From an uncultured Eubacteriales bacterium (GTDB lineage Bacteria; Bacillota; Clostridia; Christensenellales; CAG-314), in contig URET01000001.1 of assembly GCA_900546875.1 (NCBI GenBank), positions 226,069-290,068 of the forward strand: DNA of 64,000 nucleotides, in the 5' to 3' direction. Position numbers and translations under genes: made by a program. The stretch's first letter is position 1. Each line of letters starts with the position of its first letter. The notes beneath the pieces are model-generated. The model did no database searches and was not told the DNA's origin. It saw nothing but the letters and a program-made list of their open reading frames with translations. Shown one piece after another: positions 9,274 to 17,868 of the stretch.

Positions 9274-10139
9274 TATTGTCCCTCAACTGCATATTTGGCA
9301 AAAACTTCTTCGGTCTTATTCCTGATCGATTTATAAAACACGTTTTTCAATACGCAAATATATTTGTTTAATCTCATATCGTTAAAACACTGTGCGATTT
9401 TATATAATGTCGCGTAAAACACGGACTCCAGCACTTCTTTGTTCTCTCGCACAAAAACCTTCGGATCTTCCGTTTTGCCGCCGAAAGCCGACAAAAGAGG
9501 ATTAAAAGCTTTTCTTCGTATATCTTTTTCAAGATCGTCCAGAGCGTCTATAAGATATACCCATTTCCCCAGGTGGTAACACAGTTCACTCATAAGAACA
9601 TCGTTTTTCTCGGCTAAAACGTATTCGCTCACACTTTGAGAAATCAAAGAAAATGGATGACATAATTCGTCCAGGATAACGCATCCCGTTTTTTCGAGCA
9701 TCTGTAACTTTTCATAATTATTCTTTACCGACTCGTAAAAACCGCGTTCTCTTTCTTTCGCAATATTCAGGCTCCGTTTGAAAGATGACAACACGATCTT
9801 CTTATAAACGTTATTTTCGTCGGAAACGTCATCAGCCAGGTTAAAGCACACCAGGATCATATTGAAACATGCCAGTTTATCGGTAATGTTATCGGGTAAA
9901 ATGAGCGGACGATCCTTAAAAGGTGACAGCACACATTTACCCGACACTACTTTTACTTCTATATCCGAATATGAATGAAACAGTATATTGAACAAATTGA
10001 TGTCGTTGCTTACCGAAAGTCTTTTCAGATTCCCGAAAAGATTCTTGGTGGAAAGACAAAGAGCGCACATGAAAGTTCCGAAAAGCCCTTTTTCTCCGTT
10101 ATCGGCTGATTTTTTATCGATCCCGAGATATCCGAACAT
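9273..10139 (-). CDS. Uncharacterized protein, DUF5685-like (from memory of the family N-terminus)
   Basis: MFGYLGIDKK...FMCALCLSTKNLFGNLKRLSVSNDINLF matches my recollection of the MFGY...CxLC...YG...R..L..D N-terminus of the DUF5685 family; the rest looks all-helical. ATG 10137-10139 lies 7 nt after the trpS stop. Confidence 0.5.
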   Translation of the reverse strand: MFGYLGIDKKSADNGEKGLFGTFMCALCLSTKNLFGNLKRLSVSNDINLFNILFHSYSDIEVKVVSGKCVLSPFKDRPLILPDNITDKLACFNMILVCFNLADDVSDENNVYKKIVLSSFKRSLNIAKERERGFYESVKNNYEKLQMLEKTGCVILDELCHPFSLISQSVSEYVLAEKNDVLMSELCYHLGKWVYLIDALDDLEKDIRRKAFNPLLSAFGGKTEDPKVFVRENKEVLESVFYATLYKIAQCFNDMRLNKYICVLKNVFYKSIRNKTEEVFAKYAVEGQ

Positions 10140-10146
10140 TTTTCCT

Positions 10147-11148
10147 CTATTTTGCGATAAAACCTATTTTATTATAGACGTCGTTGATTGTATTTTTTGC
10201 GATCGCTTCCGCTTTTTCTCCGCCCTCGGCAATTATGCCGTCAAGATAGACTTTATCTTCGAGAAGTCTTCTGCACTCGCTTTTGACAGGCTCCAATCCG
10301 TCTGCAACTGCTTCGCCTACAGCCATTTTAAATGTTCCGTACCCTTTCCCGTCAAATTCTTTTTCGACCGCTTCCACGCTTTTTCCAGTGAACAACGAAT
10401 ATATCGTTATCAGATTGGATACACCGGGCTTCCTTTCCTCGTCGTAACGAACAGACATATCACTGTCTGTAACCGCCTTTTTGAATTTCTTTATTATGGT
10501 GTCTCTGTCATCCAGAATCGCCACCAAAGCATTTTCATTCTCATCGGATTTGCTCATCTTTACGGCAGGATCCTGTAAGCTCATTACCTTTCCGCCCAAT
10601 TTAGGAACTACACTTTCGGGTATTTTGAATGTCTCGCCGTAAATACTGTTGAATCTCATCGCTATGTCTCGTGTGATCTCTATATGTTGTCGCTGATCGA
10701 TCCCTACGGGAACCAGATCTGTCTGATAAAGCAAAATATCGGAAGCCATGAGTACAGGATAATCCATAAGTCCCATATTTATATTATCCGCATGCTTACG
10801 CGATTTATCCTTGAATTGGGTCATCCTGTTCATTTCCCCTACATAGGTGAAAGTGTTCAGAACCCAACTGAGTTCAGTATGCGCGGGAACATGAGATTGA
10901 ACAAACAGCACGGATTTTTTAGGGTCTATCCCGCATGCCAGATAAAGCGCACAAAGTTCGTACGTGTTTTTCCTGAGCTTTTCGGGATCCTGTCTTACAG
11001 TAATCGAATGTAAATCAACGACACAGTATATACAATTATATTTATCCTGAAGCGGAGGAAAATTCTTCATCGCCCCGAGATAATTGGCTATTGTCAGATT
11101 ACCGGTCGGCTGTATGCCTGAAAATACGGTCTTTTTCATTTTATCCAT
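10147..11148 (-). CDS. trpS: Tryptophan--tRNA ligase
   Basis: FSGIQPTGNLTIANYLGA (HIGH-region equivalent), KMSKS, and about 330 aa class-I TrpRS length. AGGAG RBS. Confidence 0.92.
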   Translation of the reverse strand: MDKMKKTVFSGIQPTGNLTIANYLGAMKNFPPLQDKYNCIYCVVDLHSITVRQDPEKLRKNTYELCALYLACGIDPKKSVLFVQSHVPAHTELSWVLNTFTYVGEMNRMTQFKDKSRKHADNINMGLMDYPVLMASDILLYQTDLVPVGIDQRQHIEITRDIAMRFNSIYGETFKIPESVVPKLGGKVMSLQDPAVKMSKSDENENALVAILDDRDTIIKKFKKAVTDSDMSVRYDEERKPGVSNLITIYSLFTGKSVEAVEKEFDGKGYGTFKMAVGEAVADGLEPVKSECRRLLEDKVYLDGIIAEGGEKAEAIAKNTINDVYNKIGFIAK

Positions 11149-11157
11149 GATCTGCTC

Positions 11158-12414
11158 CTATTTCTTTACGAAGTCCTTATTTAAAATCGCAAAACAAGGA
11201 AGTCCGTTTTTGAATTTAAGATGCGGTTCTCCAACTATCAATGGCTGCACGTAATCTATAAACTCCTTCCTTATAAAGTTTCCTTCCTCGTTTATGTAAT
11301 ACTCCGGTACCTTCTTCTCGGTATTTGCAACTATACTCAGCGGCTGCTCTATAACTTCACACCTGTATTCGCCGTTTGCATCTTCACCGCGCTTAAACGC
11401 CATCATCAGATCCGTCATTCCGTTAACCGCAGACAGAACAGCCTGTCTTCCCGCGTCCATTGCCTCGTCTATATCTGTCTGACTTGCTATGTGCGCGGCG
11501 CATCTCTGCATCAAACTGAGCTCTATCGCCCTCACCTTGACCTTAGGTATCCTCGCTTTTACAAGTCCTGCCAAATAATGACACGCACCACCCATCTGCA
11601 CGTGATTAAAACTGTCTCTCTCCGAACTTCCGGTCGTACTGTATTGATTGATATATACCCCGTTTTTATCCCTTATACCTTCGCTTACAGCAACTATACA
11701 GTTACTGTTCTTATTCCATACATCCGCTACTTCCGATAAAAACTTTTCAGTATCAAAATCCCTCTCAGGCAAATATATAAGATCAGGACCCAATCCGTTA
11801 TATGAGGCCAGTGCGCTGGCAGCCGTAAGCCATCCCGCATTCCTCCCCATTACCTCTATAATTATCACCTGTCCCTTATCATATACTTTAGCATCAAGCG
11901 CTATTTCCATACACGTCGTCGCTATATATTTAGCTGCGCTTCCGTATCCGGGACAATGATCCGTACCGTATAAATCATTATCTATGGTTTTGGGAACTCC
12001 GATCACATTGCACTCATATCCGTGATTCTGCAAAAACTTGCTTACTTTGTTGCATGTATCCATGCTGTCGTTCCCGCCGTTATACATAAAATAACGAACA
12101 TTGTATTTCTTGAAGACCTCCAATATCCTCAGATAATCGGTATCGTCCTCTTTTATATCCTTAAGCTTATACCTTACACTTCCCAATGCCGACGACGGTG
12201 TGTTCGGAAGAAGCATCATCACATCTTCGCTTTCCTTTGTCATATCGATGATCCGTTCGTCCAGAACTCCTTTTATACCGTTACACGCACCGTAAACCTC
12301 CGTTATACAGTTATGCTTGAATGCCTGACTGAACACCCCGTATGCACTTGCATTTATTACGGAAGTCGGACCTCCCGACTGTGCAAAAATCAATGCACCT
12401 TTTAATTCCTTCAT
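11158..12414 (-). CDS. pfp: Pyrophosphate-dependent 6-phosphofructokinase (PFK family, PPi-type signature)
   Basis: QSGGPTSVINAS, GGNDS (Asp at the position of E. coli PfkA Gly104) and PKTIDND (Lys at the Gly124 position). D/K is the known PPi-PFK signature. Confidence 0.8.
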   Translation of the reverse strand: MKELKGALIFAQSGGPTSVINASAYGVFSQAFKHNCITEVYGACNGIKGVLDERIIDMTKESEDVMMLLPNTPSSALGSVRYKLKDIKEDDTDYLRILEVFKKYNVRYFMYNGGNDSMDTCNKVSKFLQNHGYECNVIGVPKTIDNDLYGTDHCPGYGSAAKYIATTCMEIALDAKVYDKGQVIIIEVMGRNAGWLTAASALASYNGLGPDLIYLPERDFDTEKFLSEVADVWNKNSNCIVAVSEGIRDKNGVYINQYSTTGSSERDSFNHVQMGGACHYLAGLVKARIPKVKVRAIELSLMQRCAAHIASQTDIDEAMDAGRQAVLSAVNGMTDLMMAFKRGEDANGEYRCEVIEQPLSIVANTEKKVPEYYINEEGNFIRKEFIDYVQPLIVGEPHLKFKNGLPCFAILNKDFVKK

Positions 12415-12452
12415 AAATATTTCCTCCAGCCTTATTCATTAATATACAGTCC

Positions 12453-12481
12453 ATTATAACTTTTTTGAATATCGTTGTCAA
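12453..12481 (-). promoter_or_regulatory. Consensus sigma-A promoter for the pfp-trpS operon
   Basis: Minus strand TTGACA (12476-12481), 17 nt, TATAAT (12453-12458). Leader to the pfp ATG is about 35 nt. Confidence 0.65.
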
Positions 12482-12482
12482 G

Positions 12483-12527
12483 CAAAAAAATAAAACGAGC
12501 GCTATATCATCATTTTTCACGCCCGTT
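12483..12527 (-). terminator. Rho-independent terminator after pdp
   Basis: Minus strand AACGGGCG-(18-nt loop)-CGCTCGTT (8 bp, one G-U) followed by TTATTTTTTT. It begins 6 nt after the pdp stop. Confidence 0.5.
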
Positions 12528-12533
12528 TTTCAA

Positions 12534-13859
12534 TCAATTGATCTGAATTCTCAAATCTTTTCCGTCAATTTTTTTATATATCAGAGGTTTTCCGCGTGGT
12601 TTTCTTTCATCTATTTCATAAGACTTATCGATAGCTTCGTAAATTTCGGTCATGTCGGCTTTATTTGTGTGTATACTCAGCAACTTTTCACCGATCTCCA
12701 CTTTGTCCCCTGTCTTCTTATGAAGTATTATCCCCGCCGAATAATCTATTTCGTCTTCGGCCCTGACTCGCCCGCCGCCTGCCGCCATACATGCCCTTCC
12801 TATTTTTTCGGCGTCTATCCGATATACATAACCGGTTTTTTCCGCATATATATCCCGTATCTTACCGGCTTGCGGCAATAATGACGTATCATACAAAAAA
12901 TCCGTATTACCGCCCTGAGCGGCTATCATCTCCTTAAACTTATCGAACGCAGAGCCGTCGGAAAGCTTCTCCCCGGCAAACTCCTCGCCCGCACCGGGCT
13001 TTACCGCCTCCGCACTCTCAAGCAAAGCCCCGGCAAATTTTACGCATAATTCCCTCAGATCCGCCGGGCCTCTGTTCCTTAAAGTGTCCACAGCCTCCGC
13101 TACCTCAAGTGAATTGCCTACCGCACAACCTAAAGGAGTATCCATATCAGTTACAAACGCCGTGACATGCCTGCCTGCCAGCTCTCCTATCCTGACCATC
13201 ATCCCGGCAAGCTCTTCACTTCTCTTACGCGTCTTCATCAATGCTCCGCTGCCTGTCTTTACGTCAAGCAATATATGACTCGCACCTCCCGCAAGCTTCT
13301 TACTCATTATGCTCGCAACTATAAGCGGAATGGAATCCACCGTCGCGGTAACATCACGTAACGCGTACATTATCTTGTCAGCCGGCGCAAAATTTCCGGC
13401 CTTGTTAACAACTACCGCGCCGACTCTTTCAGCTATCTCGTACACTTCCTTCTCGTCAAGATCCATCCTTATACCCGGAACAGACTTCAGTTTATCTACC
13501 GTTCCTCCGGTAAATCCCAGCCCCCTGCCTGAAAGCTTTACCATTTTTAGTCCGCATGCAGCAACTAAAGGCGCCAAAACAAGCGTGACCTTGTCTCCCA
13601 CTCCTCCCGTACTGTGCTTGTCCGTTTTTATCCCGTGTATACAGCTCAGATCGGCCGTATCACCGGATTTCATCATCGCGTCGGTAAGATAAAACGTCTC
13701 TTCGGGAGACATCCCATTGATATACATCGCCATCAAAAGCGCTGTTATCTGATAATCGGCTACCTCTCCGCTGACGCTGCCCTTGACAAAATGCTCTATT
13801 TCATCCCGAGCTAATCTGCAGCCGTCCCGTTTCTTTGCAATTATGTCGTAAATCCTCAT
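12534..13859 (-). CDS. pdp: Pyrimidine-nucleoside (thymidine) phosphorylase
   Basis: MRIYDIIAKKRDG..., HSTGGVGDK and LSGRGLGFTGGT motifs; 441 aa. Confidence 0.92.
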   Translation of the reverse strand: MRIYDIIAKKRDGCRLARDEIEHFVKGSVSGEVADYQITALLMAMYINGMSPEETFYLTDAMMKSGDTADLSCIHGIKTDKHSTGGVGDKVTLVLAPLVAACGLKMVKLSGRGLGFTGGTVDKLKSVPGIRMDLDEKEVYEIAERVGAVVVNKAGNFAPADKIMYALRDVTATVDSIPLIVASIMSKKLAGGASHILLDVKTGSGALMKTRKRSEELAGMMVRIGELAGRHVTAFVTDMDTPLGCAVGNSLEVAEAVDTLRNRGPADLRELCVKFAGALLESAEAVKPGAGEEFAGEKLSDGSAFDKFKEMIAAQGGNTDFLYDTSLLPQAGKIRDIYAEKTGYVYRIDAEKIGRACMAAGGGRVRAEDEIDYSAGIILHKKTGDKVEIGEKLLSIHTNKADMTEIYEAIDKSYEIDERKPRGKPLIYKKIDGKDLRIQIN

Positions 13860-13876
13860 TGTCTTCCCGATCTATA

Positions 13877-14245
13877 TCAACGGATAGTTGCCCCGAAAGG
13901 CATCAAAAAAGCAACGGCAAGCTTGAAAGCCTGCAATCCGAAAGGTATCCCCACTACAGTGATACAAAGCAATGCACCGCTGAAAAGCGCAGATAAAAAC
14001 ATCTCCCATCCGAAAAATATTATCCAGATAACATTCATTACCGGATGCGCACCGAAATCTGACACTACAGTTTTCCCGAATGGCGCAAAACTAAGACTCG
14101 CAAACTTGAAACACTGTTTCCCGAACGGTATTCCGATTATCGTTATACACAACAACAGTCCGGTCAGAAACCATGTCAAACCGCATATTATGCCCCCGGC
14201 CAATAACCATATCACATTACCTAATAACGTCAAACATCCCTTCAT
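13877..14245 (-). CDS. YccF-domain inner membrane protein
   Basis: Two repeats of the IIGIPFG.Q.FK.A pattern (ITIIGIPFGKQCFKFA and ITVVGIPFGLQAFKLA), with 4 predicted TM segments. Confidence 0.8.
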   Translation of the reverse strand: MKGCLTLLGNVIWLLAGGIICGLTWFLTGLLLCITIIGIPFGKQCFKFASLSFAPFGKTVVSDFGAHPVMNVIWIIFFGWEMFLSALFSGALLCITVVGIPFGLQAFKLAVAFLMPFGATIR

Positions 14246-14278
14246 GATCTTACTCCTTTTTGTCCCTTTTATCGTATT

Positions 14279-14656
14279 TCAATAAACAAAAAAATCAGGC
14301 AAAAGCTCCTTTAAAAGCTTTACTTCTGTTTTGCCGTCTTTTTTATAAATAACTTTCATTTCCGGAGAAAATTCCATCAGCGCCTGTCTGCACGCCCCGC
14401 AAGGCGTACACCCCCTCTCTTCATCCCCGCTGACAGCAATAGCCGAAAATTTCCTGTTTCCCTCGCTTACAGCCTTTGCCAAAGCTACACGTTCGGCACA
14501 TATACCGCAAGGCGACGACGCACACTCCACGTTACATCCGGTATACACCTGTCCGCTTTCAGTCAATATGGCGGCGCCGACTTTGTATCCCGAATAAGGA
14601 GCGTACGCCTTATCTTTAGCTTCTTTTGCCTTTTCGTATAATACTATGTCTGTCAT
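14279..14656 (-). CDS. cdd: Cytidine deaminase
   Basis: Zinc motifs CAERVALAKA and PCGACRQ; 125 aa. Confidence 0.92.
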   Translation of the reverse strand: MTDIVLYEKAKEAKDKAYAPYSGYKVGAAILTESGQVYTGCNVECASSPCGICAERVALAKAVSEGNRKFSAIAVSGDEERGCTPCGACRQALMEFSPEMKVIYKKDGKTEVKLLKELLPDFFVY

Positions 14657-14657
14657 A

Positions 14658-15365
14658 TTATTCTACAGCCACCTTCAGTGCCAGTTCTATCATATCGTTG
14701 AAGGATACCTGCCTTTCATGAGCCGACAGTTTTTCTCCTGTCGCTGTGACATCGCTTACCGTCAGCAAGGATAAAGCCTTCTTTCCTGCTCTTGCTGCGT
14801 TCATATATAAAGCCGCCGTTTCCATCTCGACAGCCAGCACGCCCATTTTCCGCCACTCCGAAAGCGATTGCGCGTCATCATAAAAATAGTCGCTGCTGAG
14901 TATATTACCCACATGAAAATTCAGCTTTTTCTCTTTTGCAATCGCCGCTGCCCGCTCGAGCAAGTCAAAATCTGCGATCGGAGCATAAGTCCCATGCAAT
15001 CGGAACTGATTTGCGTATGCCGAATCAGTGCATGCTCCTTGCGCAATAACTATATCACGCAGTCCGACTCCTTCGGCTACGGCACCTGCGGAACCGACCC
15101 GGATCACTTTCTCCACTCCGAAAAAATTAAAAAATTCATAACTGTACACGCCTATCGAGGGCATTCCCATTCCGGACGCCGAAACACTCACCCTTTTACC
15201 GTGATATGTTCCGGTATAACCGTTTACACCTCTCACGTTATTGAACATTACCGCGTCCTGTAAAAAGACCTCGGCGATATACTTTGATCTCATCGGATCT
15301 CCGGGCATAAGCATAACGGAAGACACGAGTGTTTTATCGCCGCTGAAATGAGGAGTTGAGTCCAT
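14658..15365 (-). CDS. deoD: Purine nucleoside phosphorylase, DeoD type
   Basis: N-term STPHF..., PGDPMRSKYIAE, GMGMPS, VEMETAALY; 235 aa. Confidence 0.92.
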   Translation of the reverse strand: MDSTPHFSGDKTLVSSVMLMPGDPMRSKYIAEVFLQDAVMFNNVRGVNGYTGTYHGKRVSVSASGMGMPSIGVYSYEFFNFFGVEKVIRVGSAGAVAEGVGLRDIVIAQGACTDSAYANQFRLHGTYAPIADFDLLERAAAIAKEKKLNFHVGNILSSDYFYDDAQSLSEWRKMGVLAVEMETAALYMNAARAGKKALSLLTVSDVTATGEKLSAHERQVSFNDMIELALKVAVE

Positions 15366-16023
15366 TATTCTTTTCCTTTTCCTTAATAAGCTTTATAAGA
15401 GCGCTTGCGCCCAGTCTGTCCGCCCCCGCCAGCAGCATGGCACGGGCAGTATCGAAATCACGTATCCCTCCGGCTGCCTTTATTTTTAGACTTTCAGGTT
15501 TTGCTCTCTTTATAATTCCGATATCATATAGAGTCGCTCCGCCCTTCATAAAACCCGTAGAGGTTTTGATATAGTCCGCTCCGGAAAGCGCAACGATCTC
15601 TGTAGCACGGATTTTCTCTTCCTCCGTCAGGTTGCAACACTCTATAATAACTTTCAGTATTTTCCCTTCGGTTTCTTGTCTCGCTCTTTTCAGCTCGTTT
15701 AATACAAGCTCTTTTTTCCCCGATTTGAACAATGCCACGTTCATCACGAAATCGATTTCGTCCGCACCGTCGCGCAATGCCCGATCAATTTCCGTCATCT
15801 TTGAAGCTTCGCTGTTATATCCGTTGGGAAACCCTACTACTGTCGTGATTTTCTGCTCTTCTCCGCACAAGCTCTTTGCCAGCCTGACATAACACGGCGA
15901 TATGCAGACGCTTGCCGCATGATATTCAATAGCATCGGTACATGCCGTTATTATTTCGTTTTCCGTCGCCGTCGGAGAAAGCAGCGTGTGGTCCACTTTT
16001 CCGATGATCTCTTTCATATCCAT
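15334..16023 (-). CDS. deoC: Deoxyribose-phosphate aldolase
   Basis: KVDHTLLSPTATE and the Schiff-base Lys region DYIKTSTGF. The best start is ATG 16021-16023 with AAGAGG RBS (ORF track extends to 16071). The 3' end overlaps the deoD start by 32 nt. Confidence 0.88.
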   Translation of the reverse strand: MDMKEIIGKVDHTLLSPTATENEIITACTDAIEYHAASVCISPCYVRLAKSLCGEEQKITTVVGFPNGYNSEASKMTEIDRALRDGADEIDFVMNVALFKSGKKELVLNELKRARQETEGKILKVIIECCNLTEEEKIRATEIVALSGADYIKTSTGFMKGGATLYDIGIIKRAKPESLKIKAAGGIRDFDTARAMLLAGADRLGASALIKLIKEKEKNNGLNSSFQRR

Positions 16024-16138
16024 AAGAAACCTCTTTTCAGTATACCACACGCCATTCATTTTCTCAAACATTTATAAGGCATAATCGCCGATATAAACCT
16101 TTTATTTCACAACTTTTCCTTCGCCGCACCGTAAAACT

Positions 16139-16939
16139 TTATTTTTCTGCCGTAACCGCATGCGCTATCAAAGCTACTACCGCGTACATCCCTCCCGCAA
16201 GAAGACAAAGTATTACAGTACAGGTCATGACAAGGTCCAGCTTGAACACCTGCGATCCGTAAACTATCAGGTAACCTAATCCCTCTTTGGAATTAAGATA
16301 TTCTCCCATTATCGTTCCCACCCAACTCATACCCACGTTTATTTTCAAGGTATTCATCAGCACTGGAATCGAAGCAGGAAAAACAAGTTTCGTGAAAGTC
16401 TGAAACTTGTTTGCTCTCATTGCCGACATCAGTAATAATTTATCGGGATCCGTAGCGAGAAATCCTCCGAGCATGTTCAGAGCCGTGATTACAAAAGAAA
16501 TAAGTACCGCCATGGTAATGATCCCCGGCGCACCGGTACCCACCCATATTATTATTATGGGACCCAGAGCTATTTTCGGAAGTGAATTCAAAGCCACCAG
16601 ATAAGGCTCAAATACCTTCTTTATCCAAGAAAATCGCCACATGATAATCGCTATCAACGTACCTATCACTGTCCCGAGTATAAAGCCCAAAACAGTTTCG
16701 TAAAAAGACGTCCATATATGCACAAACAAATTCCCGGATCCTATCAATTCGCTTGTGGTGTTTATTATCCTCGACGGCGAACTGAAAATAAAATCGTCAA
16801 GCCAACCTGCCGCCGTCAGTATTTCCCATAACACTAAAAACAAAACCAAAAAACCTACCTGTGCCATGTGCACCAATATGTTTTTCTTCTTCTCTTTCTT
16901 TATAAACTGCGCGTGTTCACGGCTGAATCGTTGCTTCAT
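16139..16939 (-). CDS. ABC transporter permease, NitT/TauT (sulfonate/nitrate/HMP-type) family
   Basis: Six TM segments and a binding-protein-dependent transport signature region (SAMRANKFQTFTKLVFPASIP). Confidence 0.8.
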   Translation of the reverse strand: MKQRFSREHAQFIKKEKKKNILVHMAQVGFLVLFLVLWEILTAAGWLDDFIFSSPSRIINTTSELIGSGNLFVHIWTSFYETVLGFILGTVIGTLIAIIMWRFSWIKKVFEPYLVALNSLPKIALGPIIIIWVGTGAPGIITMAVLISFVITALNMLGGFLATDPDKLLLMSAMRANKFQTFTKLVFPASIPVLMNTLKINVGMSWVGTIMGEYLNSKEGLGYLIVYGSQVFKLDLVMTCTVILCLLAGGMYAVVALIAHAVTAEK

Positions 16940-17684
16940 TGTTCACCCTCCCGTTATTTATATCCCGCCATATCCTTTCAAATTGTTCGGTAAAACTTTT
17001 GTCTTCTCTTCTTTTCAGCGGCGTTGGGATGTGACCAAGATTTGTTTCATGTATACGTTTTACTCTTGCCGGCCTGTTTGACAATACCACTATTCTTTCA
17101 GCCATCGATATCGCTTCTCCGATATCATGCGTGACCAAAAGCGCGGTCTTTTTTTCTTTTCGTATTATATAATAAACATCATCGCACACCTGCATCCTTG
17201 TTTGGAAATCAAGCGCCGAAAACGGTTCGTCCAGAAGCAAAAGCTCGGGAGAAAGTGCAAGCGTCCTTATCAATGCGACCCTTTGTCTCATACCTCCCGA
17301 CAATTGTCTGGGATAATAATTTCTGAACTGTTCAAGTCCGTACTTATTTAACAGTTCTTCAACGTGTCTTAAACTTTCCTTATCCGTCTTTTTCTTGATC
17401 TCCAGTCCGAGAGTTATATTTTTGTATACTGAACGCCATTCAAAAAGATGATCTCTTTGAAGCATATATCCTATTTCACATTCGGCAGCGGTAACCTTTC
17501 CTTTGCTTGGCTTTATAAGCCCTGCTGCTAACGACAACAATGTCGTTTTACCGCATCCTGACGGCCCCACAACCGCCATAAATTCGCCTTTGTTCACTGA
17601 AAAACTTATATCTTCGAGGGCTTCCGTTTCCTCTGCGGCAGTATGATATGTCATTGACACATTTTCAAATTTTAAAAGCTCCAC
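16917..17684 (-). CDS. ABC transporter ATP-binding protein, NitT/TauT family
   Basis: Walker A GPSGCGKTT, signature LSGGMRQRV, Walker B LLLLDEPFSALD. GTG start at 17682-17684, about 10 nt after AGAGGGA. Confidence 0.88.
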   Translation of the reverse strand: MELLKFENVSMTYHTAAEETEALEDISFSVNKGEFMAVVGPSGCGKTTLLSLAAGLIKPSKGKVTAAECEIGYMLQRDHLFEWRSVYKNITLGLEIKKKTDKESLRHVEELLNKYGLEQFRNYYPRQLSGGMRQRVALIRTLALSPELLLLDEPFSALDFQTRMQVCDDVYYIIRKEKKTALLVTHDIGEAISMAERIVVLSNRPARVKRIHETNLGHIPTPLKRREDKSFTEQFERIWRDINNGRVNNEATIQP

Positions 17685-17725
17685 TTTTTTACCGTCCCTC
17701 TTTCATTTTGTGACTTTACAGCCAT

Positions 17726-17753
17726 ATAATATATAATGATGAAACTACGGCAA
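17726..17753 (-). promoter_or_regulatory. Putative promoter of the ABC transporter genes
   Basis: Minus strand TTGCCG (17748-17753), 16 nt, TATTAT (17726-17731). Confidence 0.4.
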
Positions 17754-17822
17754 AGTGTGTACTGCCCATTGCTTCCCAGGTATCCTCTCTTCTTTTATTT
17801 CCGCTTCCCGTTCCTTTTTCAA

Positions 17823-17856
17823 TAAAAAAAAGACATGCCTTGCGACATGTCTTTTT
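17823..17856 (-). terminator. Rho-independent terminator ending the gcv-aminopeptidase operon
   Basis: AAGACATG-ccttgcga-CATGTCTT (17830-17853), flanked by an A-run and a T-run (bidirectional shape), 13 nt after stop 17869. Confidence 0.75.
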
Positions 17857-17868
17857 TACTCGCTTTTT

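Noticed and set aside
11149-12533. Looked for a T-box leader for trpS.
   Set aside because: trpS starts 9 nt after pfp, and the pfp leader is only about 35 nt, with no T-box or specifier-loop-like sequence.
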